64,000 bases of DNA from assembly GCA_964057225.1 (NCBI GenBank), contig OZ059894.1, positions 6,200,001-6,264,000 of the forward strand, given 5' to 3'. Of this stretch, positions 1 to 13,186 are shown piece after piece (positions within the stretch are counted from its first letter, which is position 1; each line of letters opens with the position of its first letter). The notes under the pieces are model-generated. The model was not told the origin of the DNA. It saw only the letters and a program-made list of their open reading frames with translations, and did no database searches. Source of the stretch: Auanema rhodensis (lineage: Eukaryota > Animalia > Nematoda). The translations under genes were made by a program, and so were the position numbers.

Positions 1-1898
1 TGTTAATGACAAGTTGATGACGTGAACTTGAGGCAAGACGATGACAGGTTGTTTATAGATAAAGAAACTTTAGTTGTGAAAACTGTCGGGTAACCGATCA
101 GATTATTCAGACCGAATAGCGTAAACTTAAAATAAATGATTCAGAAGAGAAAAGTAAACCAGTAGTATAGAAAATGTTCTTTTTACCCATTTTTCGTTTT
201 TTCAGATTTTCAACCATTTAAAGGCATTTTTGAAAAGTGAGAATATGATTTCAAATTGTTTTCTATTTCTATTTTGGTTTTTTATTTAATTTACAGTCCT
301 GTGCGATGAAGGGTGCACGTCCCTATGTTAGAGGCCCCAGAAAACCCCTTCAAACTGCAAAAAAAATTATTTTTCATATAGTTCATATAGTTTATATTCA
401 GTCGAAATATTTGTTAATATAATTAAATCTGATTTCAATATTTTTTTCTAAATTTATAAGGAAAAATAGTTATTCAAAATAGTCAAGAAAGCAAATAAAC
501 AAGTTTATTGAGTGAGGGTTATCTGCTTCGTTAAAAATGTTTTATATATCATTTGAGGAAAAACAACAAAAAAATAATGTAAAATACTAAGAATTTACAA
601 TTTAATATAAATAAATGTATAGTTTATATCGTATCCTGTCTTTTAGAAAAATACTTTACCAAACAATACACAAGATACTTCAAGAAGTTGGAATAGTCAC
701 AAACTTTTTTTAAAGCCAAGTATCTTCTTTGGTAAAGTATTTCTCTTTCTATTTCTCTTTAATTGTAAATTATTATTTTCTGCGATAATAAAATATTTTT
801 ATTTGATGCTGTAAGCTTAGTAAGTTTAAAAAAGTAATAAAGAAACATCACTTATACTATGCATATTATATTTAAATAATTAAATATTTGAATAATTACC
901 AGAAAAAAACAGACATATTTTTTCTTGAATTAAGATTTTTATTCTATTTCAAGCAATTCATGTTTAAGCAAACTTTAAGTAACAAAGATTGTGTCAATAT
1001 AGAATTTTGACCATGAGAACGTTTATTCACAGGAAATTCCGTTGGTTGAATACTATAGAAAACCTAATTATTATAATCTTTTATATAAATAGAATAAATA
1101 AATATTAGATCCGATTAACAGGTAGAAAGATCTGACACTATTTTTTAAAATTTACTTCAATTTAAAAAAAATATATTTTAAAGAAGATGGTGAAATATAA
1201 TATTATTTTTATGAATTCAACTATTCAATTAAGAATTATGTTATATATCGTATAACAATAGATATGGATATTTCAAAGTTTGCTTAAAGTTTTTTGCTAA
1301 TCTCAATGAACTTCTTCATTTTTTAAACAATTTTTTTGTATAATTTTGAAATATTTGTCTACTTATTGCTTAAATACTTTTTGGTGATTTAACCGTTTTA
1401 TCTTTCAAATTATTGAGAAGATAAATGCATGAACCCTTCTTCAATCATCAATGTGTGCTTGTGCTGGCTTGTGGTTGGAAGTAATGGTTGGTGTGAAGAG
1501 ACTGTGTTTGTCATGACGGACTGTAATCCTGACGGTTTCTCTTAATGTTCCGTGCATATGCTTCGTCTTCTTCTTCTTCGTCTATCGGTTTCGTAAGAGT
1601 ATGTCCTCTCTATATCTCTTTCACTGATGTTCTTGCTGTCTTTGCTACTCTCAATGTCTCTTTGCACAAAGTGTTGATCCCCACTGTTTCCAAAATGCTT
1701 CATGTTGTCTAAGATGCTTCCTCTGGTCCATTCTTCCGCCCTCTCAACACATACTTATATTTCATTTTTTCTTTCTGTCTTCCAGGTTCTCTTCTGTCTA
1801 TCATCCTGCCATAAGATGATGGCTCGTCGAGAATCTACTACTTGACTCTCCGCCTCTGACTTCTGTAGTACAAACAACGCTACCTCATAGCTACTGAG

Positions 1899-1905
1899 TA
1901 TAAAA
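1899..1905 (+). promoter_or_regulatory. TATA box of the Gln/Tyr-rich secreted protein gene
   Basis: GTATAAAAG about 60 bp upstream of the ATG at 1964; a matching AATAAA poly(A) signal lies at 3104-3109. Confidence 0.65.
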
Positions 1906-1963
1906 GGAGTTAGAGAAATCGGTTCAGCATCGTTCTCGAGGTTCGCTTCTCCAAATACTCAAT

Positions 1964-3036
1964 ATGAAAGCGTAAGTTAACGTATTCTAATTCTCACTTA
2001 AAATATTGTGGTACTTTCATTCAAATCTATATTTTTAATCTTTCAGTTTTCTCCTTCTTTGCTTGATTGCTCCAGCTCTTGCTCAGTATTATTACTATTA
2101 CCCAACTTCGTACTATACTCCACTTTATTATTATCCAGCAGTAGCCACTGCCGCGGTTGCTGGAACACAAAACGATGCTTCATCTCAACAACAGGTATGC
2201 AGGTTTATTCAATAAAAAGAAACTACGAAACTGTTAAAATTTCTATGAAAGTTTGTCACAAGTTCTATAAAATGTGTCAAACAATACAAAGAAATGATAA
2301 GTTGATGAGTTTTTCTTCTGAAAATACAAAACGCATTTGAACCCGCTTACAGTATCAGCAACAACAGCCACAACAACAAACTGCATCACAACAGCAGCAA
2401 CCACTTCAAGATCAACAAAGTTATAATCAAAATCAATTAAATCAGAATAATCAGGTATACATAAATACATACGAAATATATGAATGAAACATGTCCACAG
2501 TATGCTGCTCAATATCAACCACAAATGGATCAGCAAACTCTAGCTTACAATGCTGGTCTTCAATCTAATCAGGTACAAAAAACAATTACATCGACAATAC
2601 GCATGAAAAAGTTGAAATCCAAATCTTAAGAATCATCATTTCATAAGTCAAAGATTTTTTTCTCAAATTATGATTATCATAAACTAAGTTAATGATACCG
2701 TTTCAGCAATACCAACAACAGCAACAACCAATGCAAGGCCAACAACCACAACAACAATACTATCAGGATCAACCACAACAATTACAACAACAACAACAAC
2801 AACAACAACCACAGTATACTCAGGTAATTATTCAATTGCCATTGAAATCTGGACATTTTAATATATTCGTTTCATTACAGTATACCCAAAATAATCAACA
2901 ACAACAACAACAGCCACAGAGAGATGCTACTGTTGGAAATGCTGGAACAACCGGCAACACCGTTCAACCTGTAGCTACAGCTCCCTTGTACTATTATTAC
3001 ACCTCTCCATATTACTATGCTTATGGAAGAAAGTAA
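1964..3036 (+). CDS. Secreted Gln-rich/Tyr-rich low-complexity protein (200 aa, 6 exons)
   Basis: Exons 1964-1971, 2047-2194, 2353-2454, 2501-2572, 2707-2823, 2881-3036 with GT-AG introns give an open 603-nt frame: MKAFLLLCLIAPALA|QYYYYYPTSYYTPLYYYPAVATAAVAG, a poly-Q core, then PLYYYYTSPYYYAYGRK*. The N-terminus looks like a signal peptide. Confidence 0.9.
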
Positions 3037-5902
3037 ATGGTATCTCATATTCCCGTTGTCTCTCTTCAGGATCCTCAAACTCTTACCCAGAATTCTATGT
3101 ACGAATAAAGCTTTATATCAAATATGAGTTTTACTTGAGCAATAATTAAACTGCTAGTATGAATGTTGTCATTAATGATACTAAATAACTTAAGTCAAAA
3201 AGAATATTTAATCCTCCAAAAAAAAATGTAAAATCTTCAGACGGCACATTTGGATTAGATGAATCCGGTTATACAGATGGCCAACTTCAAAATTTCTATT
3301 CCCATATCTGTCTATTCTCCTTTTTGCCTCTTTATCTTTTCTTTTTCTTTGTGTCAAATTCTAGAAAAAGAATTGTTGGGTTATAACCAGTTACGAAGTC
3401 TATAGGAATAGATTAAAAATAAGAATTCATATTTCATTTTCAAAAGAAATTTACTACTATATATTTAGTTTTTGAAATACAAATACAAATATATATGTAT
3501 ATTTCTTTTTATTCATTTTCTTTATTCTTATAAATATATGTATTCACATATGTTTGCATATAGTTATATCATGTGAGAGCTGCATGTTATCATAGCAACA
3601 GACACAAAATTAAATAACCTATGATATTCATTAAATATATTTATATATTTTACATATATGCTATATATGCTATATGTATAGAATATACTTTGTTCTATTC
3701 GTTTTTTTATATATTTTAATGTTTATTGCTTAAATAAAACCAAAGTTTTAAACATACAAAGTACATTAAACCTGTGTTGAATCAACGTCATTAAAATGAC
3801 GCCAACTATTTCATTAAAGTTTTGAACGTCTGCTGATCCGGCTGTGCTTTTCTTTTACCATACTTTTCCCGTTATAATACTAATTTAGCTGATTAATTGT
3901 ATTCTTTATCTAAAGTTAATCTTATGTATTAGTATATGTTTTTCTCATTAATACATTGTAGTTCCTAGTAATACTTTGCACAAGTACAAGTCATACTCAA
4001 ATATTTCTTTAACTTTTTTTTTGTTAATTCTTTTTCAATATTTGTTTTGCCTTCTTAGTTCTCTTTTAAATAGATAATACATCTTATATGAAAGTGAGAA
4101 ATGCAAAAAAAAAAGAAAAGAATTAGAATTTGAAAGCTTCAATGAATAAGAATAAATGCAAAGCAATGTGAAATTACAATCACGAACAAGGAGATATATG
4201 ATCTGGTTTCTATCAATCATCGTCATACTAACAAATATATTCTTTGACTTTAAAAGACACAAAGTTGCGACCAAAAGAAGATATGAAGAGTAATGATGTT
4301 TGGCTTCTTCACAAAGTTCCTCTTCTTCTGTCCAATCTATCGTCTTCGTGCATGGCCTCTGTCTCATAAACACAGATCATATCTTCTCATATACTATTTC
4401 GCTCTTATAATTGAACTATCCATATTATTTTTCTTTTTAGTCTAATTCATTAAATCTCTACTGTTCTGTTTCTCTTTTCTCTCCATTTCTCTCCAGCTAT
4501 CTCTCTTTATCTTTTCTATCTTATCCTGTTTCATCTCCAAGCCATATACTGTGATAACAAATATCACACTTGATTCTTCACGTGATGATGTCACTTTTTT
4601 TAAAAAACTTAAGCATATCTAAACCTGTTCATGCTTAATACACCTTTACAATATATTTCAATTAGATTTCCATCCTATCATGTAACAATTTCTTAAAATC
4701 TCTTCATCAATTTTAATCTTCTAACTGTTTTCAATTTTTTCTCCCGGCGTTTAATGTTTTTTTCACTTTGATCAGACAGGTTTTTTTCCTCACTCTTTTC
4801 AGAAAACAAATCTCACAGCTTGATGGCAAATGACGATTTTTTCAATTTTCTCATGTATCGCCAAATCTGTTTTGATGCCATTTTCCTATAAATGCTTATC
4901 GTGTAATCAGATATAGTGCACGTGTGTGCCCTATTTTTCCATTATGACTATACTATTTTTAAAAATATCCAATTGATAATTGATATTAGTCTTAATGATT
5001 ATCGCTCATGGTCCAATATATCTGTTAATAATATAATTTTTATTGTGATTCTCTATCAAACATTATTTGATTTGTATCGTAAGTAGCTTGTTCATTTGAT
5101 TCTACACATAACAGCTGATCTAAAGAAATGAAGAACGACATATAGAGAAGGAGAAAGTTTGTTAAATAGTGGGAGAGTGAGAGGAAAAAAAAAGAAGAAA
5201 CGACTAGTGATCTATAAACTTAAAATATTAATTCCTATCTGAAAAAGAAGTTGTAGACGTTTAGAAAACGACAACAAAAGCTGTAACGGGAGAAAGTGAG
5301 AAGCATAAATGAAAGTTGATTATTGATTGTATATGTATTGACTGAATTGTTTGCATTGTTTGTCATTTAATCAGTAATTTCATTCAATTATCTTGAAGCA
5401 TTTTCAAACATTTTCATAGTTTTGTCCAAGAAGGCACACCATATTTCTTTTTTATTTTTACTGTTCTTGGATGCTGATATAACATCCTCATTAATTTTCA
5501 CTATCTTGCCACTGCTGTAGTAGACGAGTAAGGTGACATCAGATGGTTTCAGTTGACCTTCGGCTCATGTTTACCGCAATTGAGTTCCGAATAAACCCAA
5601 TTGAATCATTACATTTGCTGGAAAAGCTGTCATCACGTGCATTTCCGACCTTCGGCGTTTAAAAACTTCCCGTCTTTTTTTTGGAAATGTTATTGTTCGA
5701 CCTTGATCAGTTAGCTATTCCTATATAGAATTTCAGAAGACAATCTTGTTTTGCTATGCTTTTACAACGATTCTCACTATGCAATTCCGGCTTCTACCTT
5801 ATGCTAATAAGACTTCTTAAATTTTGGAAATTTATTTGATATGCTCTACTTATCGTTATATAGCTTGTATTCTTCGTTACAAAATCAGATTCATCTCTAG
5901 AA

Positions 5903-7786
5903 ATGCCTCCAAATGCCGCTCTCGAGACACATGAAAACATCAACGCAGAAGAAGCTGTGAAAACGGTAAGAGTTAGTTCACTATGTTATGAGGAAATGTT
6001 TCTAATTTCAATTCACGGAACTTTTTTTTCAGCTTCGTGGATTAGTATCAGATGTTATGATACCAAGCTATGATACACACTTCAATTTACTCCGTTGGCT
6101 AACTTCTAATGATTTCAATATGGCTAAATCAGCTCATATGCTTAGGTATTAATTTAATTTTTTAATCTTTCTTCACAATTTAATTGTTTTTAATACTGTT
6201 AATACTGTTTATCTAAAATTAAAATATAGAAAACATATGAAGTGGCGCCGTGAGCGTAAACTGGATGAGACATCAGACTTTCGTGGACTTCAACGATGCA
6301 AAGTGAGATTCATGCTTAGAAAATGAAAAAAATAAGTAAAAATTATTCCAGGTTGCCGAAGAATATGCTCCGTTATCCATAGTAGGATTCAACAGAAAGG
6401 ATGGCGATCGTCTTATTATCATTGATCAAGCAGGTATTAAATGAAACAATTTTTAAAAAATCCTATATTAATGAATACAATAATATTTGGAATATTTTAG
6501 GAAAAATTGACATTAATGGAGTCATGAAATCAGTTCAGCCAACCGAATATTTACATCAGATGTTCCGCACATTTGAAAATGTTTATCGTCTAATCCGACA
6601 GGTTCTTATTTCTGTTTCCAAAACTGAAAAAATTGTTTATAACCATTTTATAATAAAAAAAACAATATAAGAAAAAATTTTTATCAGAGAGAACAAGAAT
6701 TGGGAACTCAGTGTGCTGTTTATTACATCTTCGATCTTGCTGGTTTAACATTTGATCCATTTTTACTCAGTATCGTTAATGGTAAGTTTTAAAAATTTTT
6801 ATTTGTGGTGATAAAAGCTATCAAAATAACAAATTTTTTTAAAACTATGATCCTACTCATAAAATTTTTAAATATTAGGTCCATTCCGTGTTTCATGGCA
6901 GCTTGTCGCTTCGCATTACAGAGATTTCATTGACAAGTTTATAATTGTTAATTCTCCAAGCTACATCAATGTATTATGGTATATTTTAATTTATTTTGTT
7001 TTTTTAATTATAAAGAATATATTAAAATGAATATTAAATATAAAATTCAGGTCAGCTATATCACCTTTCATACCTGAACAAGCTAGAGGAAGATTTGTTT
7101 TTGCTGACAAAAACTTCCATGATGATATGTTGGAACTGTGTGATGCTGAATGTTTACCAGAACGATATGGTGGAAATCTTAAGGATGAAACCGTATTGAA
7201 GTAAGTTTTTGAGCAGACAACATGTAATTCTGATGAAAATAATATTTCAGAGATCCTAAGCCAGTACCAAAAGAATTGTATTGGAAACCACGTGATGATT
7301 ATCCAGGGATGAATCAACTTCATCGCGTATCTGTCCCTGCTGGAAAGCATCGAATTCTCAAATACTTCATCAAAGAAGGAACTAAGATTAACATCTATTC
7401 CCAAAATGAAAATGATATAACATTCTCTTTGCTTTATTCAATGAAAGAAGTAACAATTTTATTTTACTTATTAGCTTCAAATGTATGTTTAGGATGCCCA
7501 AGAAGAAGATTGTGAAGTTGTAATTCCACCAATTCCTAAATGTGGTTTGCCAGCAATGGACTGTTTCGATTATCACTGTGAATATTCTGGTTACTACAGC
7601 TTAAAGTAAGAGTTTAAATTAAAGAAAACTAAATTAAATCTTGTAAATCATAGATTATCTAATGAGGCGTCCTGGCTTCTCCCTTCAACATATCGTTTAA
7701 TGCTTCATGATGAAAATAACATTGAGATCCCTACTCTCAACAAAAACGAAAAATGGATAAAACTTGGAGATAAAAAAAGAAAATAA
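5903..7786 (+). CDS. SEC14-like CRAL-TRIO + GOLD domain lipid-binding protein (ctg-like)
   Basis: The spliced translation has YDTHFNLLRWL and MLRKHMKWR (CRAL-TRIO N-terminus), then YIFDLAGL, HYRDFIDKFIIVNSPSYINVLWSAISPFI, LPERYGG, and a GOLD-like end with GYYSLKLSNEASWLLP. Stop TAA at 7784-7786. Confidence 0.88.
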
Positions 7787-8094
7787 CTTTCAAATAATTA
7801 AAAAATATATCTTTAATCGATTTTAACTTCTAGTACTTCATCTGTACTAAATATAAATCTCACAAATCATTCATATCTTCATCTTTATACTGTAAATATT
7901 AATTATATTCATAACAGCACATGTATGTAAATCATCATAAATGCCATGTTGTAGTGAATAGAAGAAGATATCTATCAATCTTACAAGACTATTGTATATA
8001 ATATTTGTAGATAATAAATATTTTAAAAATATGTTTTTTCAGATTTTATAAATGTTTGACATCTTTTCGAAACTGATATCAGTTTTTTTTTAGA

Positions 8095-8161
8095 TTTTCA
8101 AAATATTAAAACATAATTTGTTTATTAATTATTGAATATTAAGAAATAATTAAATACAAAT

Positions 8162-8218
<57 letters not shown>

Positions 8219-8805
8219 TTATTCTTATTATTATATTTATATTTATATTTATTTTGTTTATTTTTATTGTATTTTTCATAAATTTAGATTTACGTGAACG
8301 TCAAATAGTTCAATGACGTGAAGAAATTTACACGTAAATTTCAAAATAAATAAATAATAATATTCTAATTATTATTTGAAATAAAATAAAAAAAAAAATA
8401 AAAAATAATATTCTAATTATTATTTGAAATAAAAAAAAAATAAAAAAAAAGTTTTATATAATTTAAATAAATTAATATAATATATACAATATTATTAATA
8501 AATATATTATTATAATTAATTAAATGATTTACATGTATTTTCATATAATGGTTTAATCATTTCAAGACCATAAGATGAAATATGCTTATTATCAACAAAG
8601 TAACCAAGACCATTGTCTTCATTATAGAAATTGAAATTATGATTTTCATCTGTGAAAAATGGTTTCAAATCTAATAGTTTGCACTTGGAGCATTTTGCAA
8701 CAGCTCTTTCAATAATACGACGAGTGGCTTTATAGTTTTGTTTAGAATCTTGACGGAAACCCTAAATACAAGAAATAATATTAAAATAAATACAAAAACT
8801 GACCT
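8095..8805 (-). repeat. Inverted near-identical copy of 17827-18507 (last intron, last exon and 3' flank of the second oac gene)
   Basis: The reverse complement matches 17827-18507. The 246-nt exon part looks identical by eye; the differences I saw are in homopolymer/(TTA)n tracts of the flank. Confidence 0.95.
8166..8217. repeat. (TTA)n microsatellite
   Basis: About 17 TTA units; the counterpart (AAT)n is at about 18386-18431 in the source copy. Confidence 0.9.
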
Positions 8806-9013
8806 TATAAAACAGAGTTAATACTTATCCTCTGTAAGCATTGAACAGTTTTTATTGTGTTCAGAAAAAGTAAGCTAAAATAAATAATAACAAATAAATA
8901 ATAACAAATAAATAAATAAATAAATAAATAATAATTAAGTAAAATCTTACATTCTGACAATAAGAATTTAAGACTGAAAAGCCCAGAAGGAAAAAAGTAG
9001 ATGAAGCATACAT
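8516..9013 (-). pseudogene. Chimeric young gene or pseudogene: signal-peptide exon of the 13187 gene joined to the oac terminal exon
   Basis: The exon 1 copy (9013-8951, MYASSTFFLLGFSVLNSYCQN) is followed by an intron copy, a truncated exon 2, a 50-bp linker, and the oac last intron and last exon (8761-8516). Expression is unknown. Confidence 0.55.
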
Positions 9014-9242
9014 ACCAAACACATATATGCTTAATGTTATTTCTTTGATCTTTTCATAGTTTTATACTCATTCAATGTCCATAGAAACTATTTTTCCTTG
9101 TTTTTTTAAAAATTCATTTGTAGCACATTATAGAATATTGAAATATGTCGCTAGGTTTCCAAAACAATTTACAACCTTAATACACCTATAACAATCTTTT
9201 CTAGTTTATGAAACACTAAAAAGTTCAAAAGTACATACATGT
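8856..9242 (-). repeat. Inverted copy (387 bp) of 12958-13344: promoter, exon 1, intron 1 and the start of exon 2 of the orphan secreted gene
   Basis: Reverse complement matches by eye, including the (AAAT)n intron tract. Confidence 0.95.
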
Positions 9243-10054
9243 ATAATCTTAAAGATTCAAAATTAATAATTCCAATTTAAAAAATTGGTAATATTAAAAG
9301 AAATAAAAACAATTGATCATAATTTTTAAACAAATGATTGCCCTATGTTCCTAAAAACGTACCCTGTGCCTCAATGAAATACCACGGCTATACATACATC
9401 TGCAACGTGATATCTGTAGAATTATAATTATTGTACTATATTCCATGATAACTTCTATTCAACGGTTTACATATTATGTCTGAACAAACAATGTGACTTT
9501 CATTTCGACAATCTAATATGATTTGGTCATGAAGCATGAGAATCATATGTACATACGTTTAGGGTTTTCGTTACATATTATATGATTTAAATTATTATAA
9601 TCAATAACAAATAAATTAATTTTAAATATATTCATAAATGTAATACGCTATTTGAACATAATGTTGTTGATAAACGCAAATATTATATAATTGTCTATTA
9701 TTCATGGTTACAATCTTGAAAAAAAGGTTTTACTTCATCTCATTATTCGTATAAAGTTTATTGAAAAATTGAATAAACTATATGACTAATAATATATTCT
9801 TACATTTATTCTTTTCTTTAATATAGTCACCATATTTTCTATGAAAACGTTTTTTCTTTATTATTCTATTCATACATATAAACTATATGATTATGATTCA
9901 AAGGCTTCATACTATATCTTCAAGCAAGTTATATGATCATTTTCAGTTATTGCTTACTAGGCTGAGTTATATTACTTAAGAAAGCTAAACTTGGCAAACT
10001 ATCAATTCAAAACTATATGTTTAATTAGTAAATTTGTTTTATTCATATTTTGTA

Positions 10055-12656
10055 ATGGCTAAACGCTCTGATTTACAAGAACTAAGAGGAATTTTCATCA
10101 TTCAAGTTCTTCTTTTCCATTTTCTACCTAAATATTTTCCAAATGGCTTTGTTGGAGTTGATCAGTAAGTTGTTAAATGAGTTAATTTCATTATAAAGTT
10201 TCAATAATTTAGATTTTTCATATTATCTGGATATCTTATATCTATGGTTTTACACAGAGAGTTACAAAGCCCATTAGACGTTTTAAAACACTTTTATTAT
10301 TCAAGAATTAAAAGAATATTACCTCTTTATTATTTTTTTATTTTAATATCAATTATATCATTATTTGTAATTTTTCCCCCGGCAAATATTGATTTGAATA
10401 TGGATTCTGTAATGCCAGCAACATTATTTTACCAAAACTTGAAAGGTAAAAGTCCTCAAAAAGAATATCGAGCAATGGTCAGTAAATGACAATTAATGAA
10501 TGAAAAAAAAATTATTTTTTATTTCAGTTAGCTATTGCCGAAGATATCTTCACACATACTTGGTCATTGTGTGTTGAAATTCAATTTTATTTTCTAATTC
10601 CATTTTTTTATTTATTGAAACGAAAGTTATCTGTTCGATGTGGATTATTATTGATACTGTTTATAGGTATCACAATCACATCTTTTTAATTTTTTAATTA
10701 ACATTTGTATAGCATTCTTTTCTTTATTTATACACATAGTAAGCCAAGCGGAATTCGCATTTAGTAATGTTGTATCAAGAATTTGGCAGTTTTTCGCAGG
10801 TTTTATTTACATAAAAACACTTTTTAATATGTGTATTTCATTTTAGGTTATACTATTTATTTGATTGAGAAAAAATCACAGAGAAGGGAAGACACTGTTT
10901 CATTTTTGGAGGGATCTCCAGTGAAAAGGCATGGTAATGAGTGATACTGTATAACAACATTGTTTCATTATTTATATTTCAGATGATAATCATGACGTAG
11001 GAAGTTCCCATGAACTTTCATTGGTTTTACAAAAAATTACTTGTTTTTCGGCAGTTATAATGGGCTTTTTCCCAATTCCTATAAATAGTTTAGTGCTTCG
11101 GTAAGCAGAAAATAATATTTAGCAATCTGATTCAATAATTCTTTTTTTCCAATTTTAGGATGAATGTTACCATACTTATAGCATTAACTATTTTTCTTGG
11201 ATCCAATCGTCCTATATTTTCCTGTTTAACAAAATTCTTAGTTTATACAGGTGATATATCCTATACACTGTATCTAGTACACTGGCCTGTCTACGTATAC
11301 CTTCACCTGAATAATCAAATCACATTCTGTTGTAAGTTTACTACACTAAAAACAGAATTTATTTATACTTTAGATGTTATGATGGGCATACAGGCTTCTT
11401 TCATAATTTCTATTATAATACATGAAATATATGAAAAGAGATATCTCACATTAAATCGATGGGGAATATTTAATTTACTAATTGGCTTATCACTCTCAAT
11501 ATTTCTTATATTCAACAATCGACATCATCTAAAAGCTTTGATGTATGGACCTGAACTAGAGTTTGGTTATGAATTTCCCCCAAATATTACAACAAGTGAA
11601 GAAATTATGAGAAACAAAAAACATATTTGTTTATTAATTACAGTAAAAGCTATGGAATTGAATAGAAATTATCTTATTGGAGATTATGATAACGTTTTTC
11701 ATAAAAATTGCTCATACATTGATGGACCAGGACCATTTAACCATTGTATAATAAAGGTTGTTCCTATAAGAAAGCAGAATATTTAAGAAATCTACATATT
11801 CAGGGTAATGACGACATGAAAGAGGTTTTGATGACTATAGGGAACAGTTATGCTCCAAACAATATTCATCCTTTATATGAATATTGTAATAATAGATTTA
11901 AACAAATAGTTATGTATTCAGTACCAGGTTATATAGAATTCTTTCTTAAGCATCTTAACAGTAAAAGCTTCTAGCATGTGAAGTATTATATGAGACTCGC
12001 TTAAACGGATATAGCTGTGCAGGACAAACAGAACGGTTTGTGAACGAAACTGCTTTGTACAAGCCTGATGTTTTGATTATGTACACAAGGTGAGAATTTA
12101 TTAGAAAATCAGAAAATTTACAACCTTCTTAGTAGAAAATGAAAAATATAATTTCAGACATCTGACAATCATGCCCCAAGTAACTCCGTCGTTGAAGCAA
12201 GAACAAGAAGCTCAAGAGACAATTGAAAGTTTATTGAAAGCTCATGAAAAAAATGTGAAAAGAAAAATATATATTCTGCATGCCATGCCACGGCCAAGTG
12301 GAGACGTAACTCGACTAGTCAATGACGCTTTACATTTTGCGAACTCAACATCCAGATATGTTATTGATATGGTATATAACACTAGAATAAATAATTATTA
12401 TATAAATTAAGTTTAGCAAAATCTAGAAGATGCTGCATTTTGGAAGTTAACAAGACGTCGACTCGAAAAAGCTGTTGCTAAATGCTCGAAATGCGCCTTC
12501 ATCGACTATTTGGATACTTTCATGAATTCAGAAGGAATATTTCAGTTTTACGATATCAATACGGGTGTTACCTACTTTAACAGTGGTCGTCATCTTACTC
12601 CTTATGGGCTTCACAAAGTTCGACCAATTTATAAAGAACTTTGCCGAAATATATAA
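10055..12656 (+). CDS. O-acyltransferase (acyltransferase_3 + C-terminal SGNH domain), oac family, paralog 1
   Basis: Motifs: MAKRSDLQELRG, FHF, FPNGFVGVDQFFILSGYL, FYYSRIKRILPLY, HTWSLCVEIQFY, RIWQF, GDISYTLYLVHWPV. SGNH block I is IGNSYA, and the C-terminus has CSKC and FNSGRHLTPYG. Stop at 12654-12656. Confidence 0.9.
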
Positions 12657-13132
12657 TTTTTAAATTGATTATAATTTTATCAGCTAGATCATAAAATAAA
12701 AATATGATAGAATATTCTTGAAATATCCACAACGGAAAACTAATAAAAAGTATGAAAAAAAGAGAATGACCTCAATAAAATGTCATACTGATAAAATGAA
12801 ATGGTCGAATAGGTCTTAGTTTTTATTTAGATATTAAAGTTTTAACGGATTAATAAGAGAAGTATTTCACATTCAATCGTAATTCAGTTTTTATTTTCAA
12901 TTATCTAGAATAAGATCATGAAGATAATCACTTCTATTTATGCAATATTATAGTAACACATGTATGTACTTTTGAACTTTTTAGTGTTTCATAAACTAGA
13001 AAAGATTGTTATAGGTGTATTAAGGTTGTAAATTGTTTTGGAAACCTAGCGACATATTTCAATATTCTATAATGTGCTACAAATGAATTTTTAAAAAAAC
13101 AAGGAAAAATAGTTTCTATGGACATTGAATGA

Positions 13133-13140
13133 GTATAAAA
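13133..13140 (+). promoter_or_regulatory. TATA-like box of the orphan secreted gene
   Basis: GTATAAAA about 50 bp upstream of ATG 13187; the same box is present on the minus strand in the inverted copy. Confidence 0.5.
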
Positions 13141-13186
13141 CTATGAAAAGATCAAAGAAATAACATTAAGCATATATGTGTTTGGT

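Noticed and set aside
207-310. Two exon-like pieces (207-237, 297-309) reading FQPFKGIFENPVR*
   Set aside because: Could be the tail of a gene starting left of the window, but too short to support or name.
4035-4373. 112-aa minus-strand ORF
   Set aside because: Low-complexity, no splice structure or motif; lies in intergenic/promoter sequence.
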